From positions 143,856 through 207,855 of the IMG/VR virus record IMGVR_UViG_3300042340_000379: a stretch of 64,000 bases of DNA. One strand, given 5' to 3'. A program made the translations under genes and the position numbers. Below the pieces are notes generated by a model. The model was not told the DNA's origin and ran no database searches. It worked only from the letters and a program-made list of their open reading frames with translations. Shown in pieces: positions 29,918-38,600 of this stretch (its first letter is position 1; the number at the start of each line of letters is the position of its first letter).

Positions 29918-30152
29918 TTGGACTCCCTTGAATAGCTATACCCCGCCCTGAATTACGATCGCCAATCCTATGAACCGCTCGATTGCCAGCAAAAACAGTA
30001 GGCGAACCACTAATTGCAAAAAAGTTAGTAATTATATCTCCAACTGATGAGGCCTTTCTATTGTTGACAAAAACGTTTCCAAAACAACGAGTCACAGGCC
30101 TTTTCCCCACAAAAGTTGTCTCTAGATCCCTAAGTCTAGTCCAAGCTGGCAT
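29901..30152 (-). CDS. PAAR-like spike tip protein
   Basis: Three repeats: NVFVNNRKASSVGD, GSPTVFAGNRAVHRIGD, GSPNVFVN. Confidence 0.85.
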   Translation of the reverse strand: MPAWTRLRDLETTFVGKRPVTRCFGNVFVNNRKASSVGDIITNFFAISGSPTVFAGNRAVHRIGDRNSGRGIAIQGSPNVFVN

Positions 30153-30942
30153 TTGTAAAATCCTTTATAGTCAGACTGTTTTTGATTTGATTATAGAGCT
30201 CAGTTTTTAAGTTTGTGCTCAAAGTAAAGTCAGGCATATAATCTAAAGTATAGCTTGAGAGCCCGTGAGAAGAAGTAAACCCAAAGCTGTAATCAATCAT
30301 TAGCTTGTCAACAACTTCGATCGCTAACTTCTCGACACTCTTTGTTTCTACCGTAACCCCATACACAACACGGTCAGGTAGGGCTTTAAGTGCAGCGGGT
30401 GTAAGTGGTCTATACACATTTAAGCTCACAAATGGGTAGTCTTCTAGCAAAATTGTCTCTTCATCGAGAAGTCTCTGCCGTCGAGTTTTTTCAGCAAGTA
30501 GTAGTTTCAGTTCCCATTCATAAGGAAGTCCATTGTAAGGCTCGTTAACAAACCGGGCGACAACACTTTCTGAAAGACTAACCTCATCAGTCTGAGACCA
30601 CAGCTCAAATGGCCCCTTTTGATAAACTGTTCCGTCATAAGCTTCTTCAAGCAAAGCAGGAGTCGCAGATGTTTCTTCCGAAAGTAAAACATAACTATGG
30701 ATAAAATAAGCAAACTTTACTTCGAGTCGGTTAGGCCAAAGCGTCAGTGAAAGCTTGAATGGCCGATTTGATAAAGCTTCGAGAGACTGAAAGCGGAAAA
30801 TTTTGTTGTCTAAAAGATTTAACTCATACTGCCATTGCTGATAGAGAAAGGGGTCGTCTAAAGATTCAGTCCTATAGAAAAGAGGAAACGTGTCTCCCTC
30901 AAAGTCAAAATCGCGGAAAGAAATTTGCATGAAAAATCCCAA
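30136..30942 (-). CDS. hypothetical (possibly baseplate) protein
   Basis: 268-aa ORF upstream of PAAR. Confidence 0.5.
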   Translation of the reverse strand: MGFFMQISFRDFDFEGDTFPLFYRTESLDDPFLYQQWQYELNLLDNKIFRFQSLEALSNRPFKLSLTLWPNRLEVKFAYFIHSYVLLSEETSATPALLEEAYDGTVYQKGPFELWSQTDEVSLSESVVARFVNEPYNGLPYEWELKLLLAEKTRRQRLLDEETILLEDYPFVSLNVYRPLTPAALKALPDRVVYGVTVETKSVEKLAIEVVDKLMIDYSFGFTSSHGLSSYTLDYMPDFTLSTNLKTELYNQIKNSLTIKDFTNASLD

Positions 30943-30992
30943 GCTGTACCTCTAAGTATAGCTTGGGATTTTCATCAACAAAAGGTAAACTT

Positions 30993-31283
30993 TTAATCGT
31001 CCATATCTAACTGTATATCAGAAAACTCAACCCCTCCTGTAGAAGGAGAAGATATTTTTGACTGCTGATATTCGTAAGCAGTTGGTGCATAGTTAGCCGA
31101 AAATGACGGGCTAGACGATCTAAGTTGGGGTTCCGGCATTTGTTGAGAAGTTCGATAGCTCCTAAGAAGAAAGGCAAATACTTCAACGTTAGTAACTTTT
31201 CTCGAGAATTCTTCTTTGCTTAGCTCCTGCCTGATGTTTTCTAATTCTTCTTCTAGTTGACCCGTTAAAGCGATCTTTGCCAT
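30993..31283 (-). CDS. ParR-like adaptor / DNA-binding protein
   Basis: Small gene directly after the actin-like ATPase; helical N-terminus and disordered acidic tail. Confidence 0.55.
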   Translation of the reverse strand: MAKIALTGQLEEELENIRQELSKEEFSRKVTNVEVFAFLLRSYRTSQQMPEPQLRSSSPSFSANYAPTAYEYQQSKISSPSTGGVEFSDIQLDMDD

Positions 31284-31289
31284 CTTATC

Positions 31290-32372
31290 TTAGGCTCCCA
31301 CTGTTACAGCATGTCGGTTTAAGTTATCCAATGCCATAATGTTAGCAAAATCAGGGTGCTGAGGAACATAAATTCCAGCATTTGCGGGAAGCCGACCTTT
31401 AAACAAGTAAGCACAGCCACCAAACAACATACGACCGGAAGTAGGAACAAACTGATTAAAGTTGTTTCGAATCTCACCTTGAACTAACTCAAAGAAGTTA
31501 GCAAGAGCATGCTTGGTAAGATCGGTGAAGTCGATCATCTCATTGTTGTCAGCAGGGTAAAAATAGGTAGAGCGCCCATTCTCTCCAGGAATAGGATTAG
31601 CCAGCGCAGTCATGACATCATCAAGGTCTAGTTGACCTCCAACACGTTGGATCATCAAAGGATTGATTTTAATCATAGAAGCCAAAGCCTTACCACCAGC
31701 TAAAGTTGATCCTTTAACTCCATCATAGGAACTACGAAGTAGGATGTTGTTGCGAGGGCCGATCGCAGTAATATCCAGTGTGCCGCCGCCAATGTCAGCG
31801 CCGATCACATTTCCGACAGAAGGAAGGTGGTTAAGTTCACGAGCCATAATAATCGCGTCAACCCCTTCGGGCCGAGGAGCCTCAGGATAAATGCGAACTT
31901 TCATGTCAAATGTACCCTTGTCAGACGTATAGGTGTACTCAAAAGTATCAGTGAGTTTTTCGCGAAGGAACTCGCCTACAGTTCGGCCATCGGTTCGGCG
32001 CTTACTTGGGTCAGGTAGACTCCATTGAAGTACAACCTCGTAATTGGTTTTGTTTCCAATGGGGCCAAGAGTAGAAAGGAGAAAAGGAATAAAGTACTTG
32101 GGATCTAGCTTATCGCGGTTAACCAATCCACTCGCGGCGGCACCATACTCAGAAGCGCGATCGCCAATATGAAAGCGACCAAAATCCCCCTCAACAATAA
32201 TAGAGTCGCTGCCAGGGTCAATTGCGTCACCACCAGGAAAGATGGGAGCAACAATAGATTTTAGATAAATCGGCTGGGTGTGAATCCCATGACTAATAGC
32301 CAGAGTAGAAAAGTTGCCAACATCAATAGCGTGCTGAGTTTTCATACAAAAATTTGGGTAATAAGTGTTCAA
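31290..32372 (-). CDS. parM: actin-like ATPase, ParM/StbA family
   Basis: AIDVGNFST (phosphate 1), PEG, GADIGGGTLD (phosphate 2), LFGGCA (adenosine) and PDFAN motifs. Confidence 0.85.
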   Translation of the reverse strand: MNTYYPNFCMKTQHAIDVGNFSTLAISHGIHTQPIYLKSIVAPIFPGGDAIDPGSDSIIVEGDFGRFHIGDRASEYGAAASGLVNRDKLDPKYFIPFLLSTLGPIGNKTNYEVVLQWSLPDPSKRRTDGRTVGEFLREKLTDTFEYTYTSDKGTFDMKVRIYPEAPRPEGVDAIIMARELNHLPSVGNVIGADIGGGTLDITAIGPRNNILLRSSYDGVKGSTLAGGKALASMIKINPLMIQRVGGQLDLDDVMTALANPIPGENGRSTYFYPADNNEMIDFTDLTKHALANFFELVQGEIRNNFNQFVPTSGRMLFGGCAYLFKGRLPANAGIYVPQHPDFANIMALDNLNRHAVTVGA

Positions 32373-32408
32373 CAGACTCCCTTAGTATAAGCTAAATTTT
32401 TGGGTTGT

Positions 32409-32552
32409 GGGCCATAAAAGGCCCGACGCGGGCCCTAATCGGACTTTCTAGGGCCCTAAAGGGCCCAACGCGGGACGTGAAGGGCCCTTCACGGGACATA
32501 GACGGCCCGACGCGGGCCCTAAAGAGACCAAAAAGGGCCCGTGAAGGGCCCT
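32409..32552 (-). repeat. GGGCCC/AAGTCC array with about 10.5-bp period, copy 1 (inverted relative to the others)
   Basis: GGGCC or GGGAC cores every 10-11 bp, upstream of parM. Confidence 0.85.
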
Positions 32553-32577
32553 AGGCAAACTTGTATCGTACAAAAAC

Positions 32578-32961
32578 CTAAGCCCAGATTACATTCCCAG
32601 GGCGAAAGTTGGCATTAGTATCAATGCGCTTAAGCTGCAATCCGGCTGGCTCTCCTAGCTCTTGCTTAAATTCGCTATAAGAACCAAACTCAATCTTAAC
32701 GCCCCGCTCCTGGTAATAAGGATCATGCTTGATCTGGGCTCGTAAACTCTGCCACTTCTTATATAGATCCTCATTCGTCTGGCGGCTGCACTCGCAAACC
32801 CTAAGAGTCTTGTTGTATAAGGCGCGAGGACTAGCTTTTCTATCCTTCCCGCAGCTAATACATATAATAGAGTAGCGAGCGTCAGAACCGTAATCTCCAA
32901 CCTCCCATCCATTAACGATTGAAGGAACCTGCTTTGTGGGTCGTCCGCGATATCGCTTCAT
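32578..32961 (-). CDS. HNH-related endonuclease-like protein
   Basis: CxxC...CEC zinc motif, YQERGVKI...LKRIDTNANFRPGNVIWA. Confidence 0.65.
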   Translation of the reverse strand: MKRYRGRPTKQVPSIVNGWEVGDYGSDARYSIICISCGKDRKASPRALYNKTLRVCECSRQTNEDLYKKWQSLRAQIKHDPYYQERGVKIEFGSYSEFKQELGEPAGLQLKRIDTNANFRPGNVIWA

Positions 32962-33075
32962 TTTAAGTAAGGGGTAAACGCAACCTCTTTAGTTTAAGTT
33001 GTAAGCCGCAATATAGAAAGGGTTTTTAAAAACAACATCAAAATAAGTGCTACTTTAACTCCACACTATTTCAAG

Positions 33076-33118
33076 AAAGGGGCCGCTAGATCTATTAGAT
33101 CTAGCGGCCCCTTTTTTT
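33076..33118. terminator. strong bidirectional hairpin
   Basis: AAAGGGGCCGCTAGATCTA-T-TAGATCTAGCGGCCCCTTTTTTT. Confidence 0.75.
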
Positions 33119-33131
33119 GAGCAAATCTAGG

Positions 33132-33259
33132 TAAGTATTTATACTTACGATCACAAAGCTGGAGAAAATATGACGCGGATTTTAAGAGACTATCTTTAAC
33201 TAAGTATAAATACTTATGATCGCAAAGCTGGAGAAAATATGACGCGGATTTTAAGAGAC
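33132..33259. repeat. two 59-bp direct repeats (69-bp period), each starting with palindrome TAAGTAT-NN-ATACTTA
   Basis: 33132-33190 and 33201-33259 are nearly identical. Confidence 0.9.
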
Positions 33260-33577
33260 CAATTATGAGGGATATCAACTATGCCCCCCTCCGACTTTGA
33301 GAAATTCAAAGCATCGAAGGTACGGGTATGACGAGTTTGCTCACCACAATTTTTGTGCGTGAGAACAACTCATCTCTTTGATTGAATGTAATTAAACATT
33401 TCACATCAAAGACTTAGTTTATTTCTCATTCACAACACAAGCTATCTGTACTTACTCTCTTACATGAATGAGTACAGATAGCCTACCTACCACGCATCTA
33501 CACACCCAAGCCCGTGCCTACACCCTAGGCACGGGCTTCTTTTTTATTCACCTAGTACACACCAAGGAGAACACATC

Positions 33578-33949
33578 ATGTCTATCTCTTCTTTTCTCAT
33601 TCCATCCATTAAAGGACTAGTCAAGCTAGGACTGCAAGACAGCAACCCACTGTGGGTGCATGACTGTATTCATGCACACGTATCTACACAACTACCACCC
33701 ATACCCATGGGTACACACCAGGTGACTGGTGTTGATGGTCTATCCATCAAGGAGTTCTGGGGTACACACCCACACACACCTACCTACCCAGGTGAACTAG
33801 ATGAGGCACGGGTTGGGATACATCAGTTCCTAGCCTCACCACTAGGTAGCCCTTGCTACCTAGCTAGGTACATCTACTGGTGTACCTACCTAGCCACACA
33901 GGGTATCAACCCTGTGATGGTGACCTATCACCACTGGAGGTCTATGTAA
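33578..33949 (+). CDS. first rightward (early) hypothetical protein
   Basis: AGGAGA RBS; 123 aa. Confidence 0.6.
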   Translation: MSISSFLIPSIKGLVKLGLQDSNPLWVHDCIHAHVSTQLPPIPMGTHQVTGVDGLSIKEFWGTHPHTPTYPGELDEARVGIHQFLASPLGSPCYLARYIYWCTYLATQGINPVMVTYHHWRSM

Positions 33950-34013
33950 TGACCTATCCATACAGGTACCCCTATATAGAGACCCCTCTATATAGGGGGC
34001 CTTATATACACCC

Positions 34014-34057
34014 CCCTACACCATGGTGGTTTAACTAGGTTCGATTCCTAGGTAGGG
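34014..34057 (+). ncRNA. tRNA-like mini-structure (acceptor-like stem plus T-arm)
   Basis: CCCTAC...CTAGG-TTCGATT-CCTAG-GTAGGG; no anticodon arm. Confidence 0.45.
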
Positions 34058-34119
34058 CCTTGCCCGTAGCTACTTCTAGCTACGGGCTTTTGTTTATTTA
34101 CCCATAGAGAACAAACATC

Positions 34120-34515
34120 ATGCAATCACTCACTTCCCTTACAGCAGAACGGGATTTTAAAAAGGCCTGTTCAGAAAAGTACCAAATGGTTTCCCTAGAC
34201 AGGCGGCTTGTTTGTCAGGTAGCTCGAAAGCTACCTAAACAGCGCCGGATAAAAGCTATGGCCCACCTGCTAGAAGAGTACGGCAGGCAAGAGGCAGTTC
34301 CGACAGGCGAGCTAGTGGATAAGCTTTTTGCCCTGGATGCCGTTTATAAAATTAACGACTTGGTAATCGGGGTAGATGTGACCCTCGATAAATCTCGAAT
34401 TGTAGAAAAACGGCAAAAACTGTCTTCCTTATCTGAAGCCCACAAAGCTTTAGGTATCGACAGAACAATAGTGTTTTGTCCAAAGATCCATAAGGATCTT
34501 CAGTCTGCTCTCTAA
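34120..34515 (+). CDS. hypothetical protein, possible PD-(D/E)XK-like fold
   Basis: VDKLFALDAV...IGVDVT pattern. Confidence 0.5.
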   Translation: MQSLTSLTAERDFKKACSEKYQMVSLDRRLVCQVARKLPKQRRIKAMAHLLEEYGRQEAVPTGELVDKLFALDAVYKINDLVIGVDVTLDKSRIVEKRQKLSSLSEAHKALGIDRTIVFCPKIHKDLQSAL

Positions 34516-34588
34516 ACCCTTTAATTCATAGCCGAGCCACAGGCTTAATTGTTCATGGCAAAACGCAAACATTACCTGGAGAACATCT

Positions 34589-34789
34589 ATGTCTTTTCAT
34601 GGAATCTATTACAACCACGCCGCTTCAAACCAAGAGTGGATTCGTCGCTACACCAAAATTGTATGCATTGGCGCTTGTAAGTGCCAAGACGGGAAAAAGC
34701 GCGTGGCCTACATCGCCAGCTTTGGCGATCAGAACAAAGACTTCATCCGCCGCAAAGAAGCTGAAGCTTGGATTCAATCTAAGCTCTAA
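34589..34789 (+). CDS. small early hypothetical protein
   Basis: GGAGAAC RBS shared with neighbouring genes. Confidence 0.6.
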   Translation: MSFHGIYYNHAASNQEWIRRYTKIVCIGACKCQDGKKRVAYIASFGDQNKDFIRRKEAEAWIQSKL

Positions 34790-34863
34790 TCCCAATCTTT
34801 TTATCATGCACGCCCAGTAAAGCCTGGGCTTTTTTGTGTCTAAAACTATCTGGAGAACATCAA

Positions 34864-35313
34864 ATGTCTACTCAAATCTTTTCCACTGCCCAAGCTTGCG
34901 CCGATGAAATCGCCAAGCTTCGCGCCCAGGGCGTTGCTTGCCGTCTTCAGAAAGTTGAAGGCGGTGGCTTCACCGTCGTTCTCATGAACGGTAAAGCCCA
35001 GCCTCAGAGCAAAACTAAAGCTAAAACTGATCCTGCTCCTCACATCCAAATTCGCCAAACTCTCGATGGCGGCGTGTGGTGCAACAAGGGTGCAGGGTTC
35101 TACCCTGTCGTCAAGTTCACCTTGGATGAGGCTATCAAAGCTTTGACTGATCGGTCTTACGTAAAGACCGACAAGAACCTGGATACGAAGAACTACAACA
35201 CGACTTGGGAGTTTAGTCTTAAGTCTCTTGTAGAAAAGGATGAAGCTGAAGAGTGGGGCAATCAAAACGATATGGACGATGAGCTGTACATGAATCGCAA
35301 CGGCCTCCTCTAG
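34864..35313 (+). CDS. early hypothetical protein
   Basis: GGAGAAC RBS before ATG 34864. Confidence 0.65.
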   Translation: MSTQIFSTAQACADEIAKLRAQGVACRLQKVEGGGFTVVLMNGKAQPQSKTKAKTDPAPHIQIRQTLDGGVWCNKGAGFYPVVKFTLDEAIKALTDRSYVKTDKNLDTKNYNTTWEFSLKSLVEKDEAEEWGNQNDMDDELYMNRNGLL

Positions 35314-35383
35314 TCAACAACCTTTTATCACGCACGCCCAGTAAAGCCTGGGCTTTTTTGTACTTATTTAGCGGAGAACTTCA

Positions 35384-35563
35384 ATGGCCCTCTTTCTCTT
35401 CATTCTCTTTTTCATTTCCCTCTGTCTTTTCTTTGCAGAGGACAAAGTAAGCCAACCCAGAATTACGCCTGACATGCTCCTTAGCAAAAAAGGCAAGCCT
35501 CTATATGGGGCAACTTTGCAGGCTCGCATCGAAAAGCTAGAGCGAGCTGGGTACATCCTTTAG
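35384..35563 (+). CDS. 59-aa membrane-anchored protein paralogous to an N-terminal segment of the adjacent RNAP (not in the ORF track)
   Basis: GGAGAAC RBS; MALFLFILFFISLCLFFAEDKVSQPRITPDMLLSKKGKPLYGATLQARIEKLERAGYIL. Confidence 0.75.
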   Translation: MALFLFILFFISLCLFFAEDKVSQPRITPDMLLSKKGKPLYGATLQARIEKLERAGYIL

Positions 35564-35637
35564 TTCACAGCCGAGCCACAGGCTTAATTGTTCATGGCAA
35601 TTTTCAAGCAACAACTAATCAACTGGAGAACAAACCC

Positions 35638-38600
35638 ATGAAATCCTTCACCAAATCTCTGAATTCTTTTGTTACCCGCTCCTTCTCTGTGGGTAAGCGC
35701 CAAATGATCTCTAAGGTCAAAATCGTTCACTCTAAGCGCGAGTTCATCTCGCGTGTTTCTGGCACCTTTCGCCAGCGCTTGAACCCTGCTACTCCAAAGT
35801 CCATTTTTGCTTGGGACGATGTTCAGCTCTCCTTAGCCTTTACTTATGGCCAAGGTTCTCTAGGAATCAAAGCTGACCGCGCCAACGCTGGCATTGGGTT
35901 TGGTAGTGATACCAAACCTAAATCTAAATCTGTTAAGTCCGATTCCATCAAAATCGCACACACCTTTAAGGAGATCCTCGCCCAAACCAAAGCTACCGCT
36001 GTCAAAGTCTTCGAGGCCATTTCCACCGTTTCTAAACTGATTACTCCCGATCTTCTGCTCTCTTCTACAGGTAAGCAGCTCTATGGAGCTGCTCTTAAAA
36101 ACCGGATTGCCAAACTTGTTCGTGAGGGCTACGCAGCCCCTGTTTCTCAACCTGCAGCGGTAAAGGCCGTTGACTTCATGGCGCTTGCTCAAGAGCGCTG
36201 CGCCCAAAGCCTTGCTGCGATCGAAGCAGCTATGGGCTTCACATCCACGGGCACCGTTGTGGCCATGCTTCAATCCGGCCAGGAGCCTGCGCCCATTGCG
36301 CGGCAGTCCGCCTCAAATATGGAGAACATCTCATTGTTTGAACTCAGGGCAAAAGAATTTCCAGCTCCTTCTGTCGAGGAGCTAATGTCTGACCTAAATG
36401 GCGATCGCGCCACCCGCGCTGAAAAGTGCAAAGCCATCTTGGCTAAGCACAACCTCAACACAGTTGGTGAGCTGATCGCTCGCGGCATGGTGTCTCGCAC
36501 CCGCAAAGACTTCTGGCTCGATAGTGCAAGCACTGCGTTCAGTGTGATGCTACTGGGCCACACTCTTGGCCAAATGCCCGCGCCTCTGGACTTCAAGGCT
36601 GGGAATACCTACCTGGTAGGTTTCCCTCTGTTTGATCGCACCTCTGGCGACAAGCAGATTTCCCCGTACAAGTGCGTCATAGGAGATATCGATCTCCTGA
36701 TGGCGTCTGTTCGTAGAGAAGAGCACGACATAAAGAACCTATCTTCTCCTGCTACCAAGAAGGTGTTTAAGAAGCACTTTAAGGTGCTAGAAGATAACTG
36801 CAAAGCCCTGGGCCTGTGGTTGTCTAAGGACGAAGTGGCTAACATGGCCGCTGCGTTGGCCATTAATGAAGTGGCTACCAAGCCCACCACTTTCGCGGTG
36901 CTGGCTTCCCACCTCTGCGAAGTCCTTGATGCTATGGGCATGATGCCCAACCGCGTGTATGCGGTGAATGCTGCGTGGAACCTTCCCCGCTACAAAGCGG
37001 ATCGCGTTATTGTGCGTAAGTTGGTAACCGCACTGCTGCGGGCCCAAGAGGGCATCGGCATGACAGGGTTCAAGTTCATCGACATGTCCACCAGCGAGCA
37101 AACTGGTGAGCTATTTGATGAAGTCGTTATCTGTGGCCAACGCTTTGTCATGGATGACGAAGGCGTTATCTTTGATGACGCAGGTACATCAAAACGGCTA
37201 AACCAGATAATGTTGGCTGCTCCCATTAAGGTAGGCCGCAGTCTACACCCCAACGAGTTCTCTATCTTGAGCGCTCACGACGTGTTGTTGTATCTGCTGG
37301 ACAACATTGTGCTGCCCATGCTCAACCGAAAGGATGTCAAATCTGACAAGAGCTTGGAAATCAGCCGTGTTGAGGAAACCAACGCTCGTGCTGCCCAGTC
37401 CATCAAATCGTTTATTGGCAAATCCATGCCTCTAAACGAGCGGGCTGTTGCGCTTGGTGTTGAAGATGCTGCCTCCAGCATTCTGACCAGCGGCGAAATC
37501 AGCTGCGTTGTCAAGTGGCATCAATCTCTCTTCCGTCGCAACATTGCGGCTGAGGGTTCAGCAGAGATCGCCATCTTCAAAGAAGGCATGCTAGTTGGGC
37601 CTGATAGTCCCTACAAACGCTCGGCTGATGCTACCGAGTATATGATCTTTAGCCAAATGGAGTTAAAGACCTCCACCAATTTCACCGACTATCACCCTCT
37701 CATCGAGCCTATGATCGCTCATGGCAAAGTGATTCAGCCTTTTGGCAACATGAATGCTGTAAGCCTTTCTGCTCACGGTACTCACTATGCCAACCTTGAT
37801 GTGAGCATTCAGAAAGAAGCTGTCAAAGCTTTCTGGGCTAACCAAGGCCTTGATGAGCAACAGCTGCGCTCTAAGTTCAACCTTGAAGGTGTAGTCGGTG
37901 ATGTGTGGATGCACATTGCTGAAGAAACCCTCAACTTCTTGTCCTACAAGGGCTCTAAGCGTTTCAAGCGCTCGGCTAACTTGTACGCTCAAGTCACCAG
38001 CTTCGCGTTTGAAGAGACCAGCCGCTTCCAGTGGTCTGGTCACGTTGATCACCAGATCACCGGCCTGGCGCTCAAGGCTGTGTTAGCTCCTAGCTACGTT
38101 TTCTCTGGGCCTGGTATGGCCTATATGAACTCGCACAAGCGTGCTCAATACGAGATGCGCTACCCCTTGGCTGGTGGCATGCATGACTACTACGATCGCG
38201 CTGCTGTGTTCAGTAACTTCGCGATTGATGATACTGCTATCATCACCAATCCTCTCACGGGCTGGAGCCATATTGACCTGGACATCAAAGTCCGGGAAGG
38301 GCAGGAGACTGGCTTGTTTATCGTGAACGAACATGGCCATCAGGTTCCTCTAAAAGCTGAGCACAATGGTGTGCTTTGCAAAATTCGTTTCCGCACTGTC
38401 GATAAGTTCTCCGTTAACGGCGTATTGGAGTGTCGCCTCTTTTATAAAGTGTCTGAGTACGACTTCAAACTGCGGGCTGGCTATAAAGCCATGACTACCT
38501 ATCATGACGGGTCGATCTTTGACCATAACGCCTACGCTCCCGAGTGGGACATCATCATCCCTGGTGATGCCAACAAAACCCTCGACCTTTTAACTTGCTT

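Larger units (their letters stand above)
34525..35600 (+). repeat. paired early-region elements: 37-bp A (34525-34561, 35564-35600) and 39-bp B (34799-34837, 35323-35361)
   Basis: A = TTCAYAGCCGAGCCACAGGCTTAATTGTTCATGGCAA; B = TTTTATCAYGCACGCCCAGTAAAGCCTGGGCTTTTTTGT. Confidence 0.9.

Noticed and set aside
33132-33259. Possible two-repeat CRISPR mini-array
   Set aside because: The would-be spacer is itself duplicated upstream of the first copy, so it is a 69-bp tandem duplication; there is no CRISPR-like terminal motif or stem.
34014-34057. A bona fide tRNA gene
   Set aside because: No D or anticodon arm and too short; kept only as a tRNA-like element. No tRNA or rRNA genes were recognised in the window.
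34525-35600. 37-bp element A as a CRISPR repeat
   Set aside because: The copies are 1 kb apart with genes between them and lack a GAAAC/GAAAN end.
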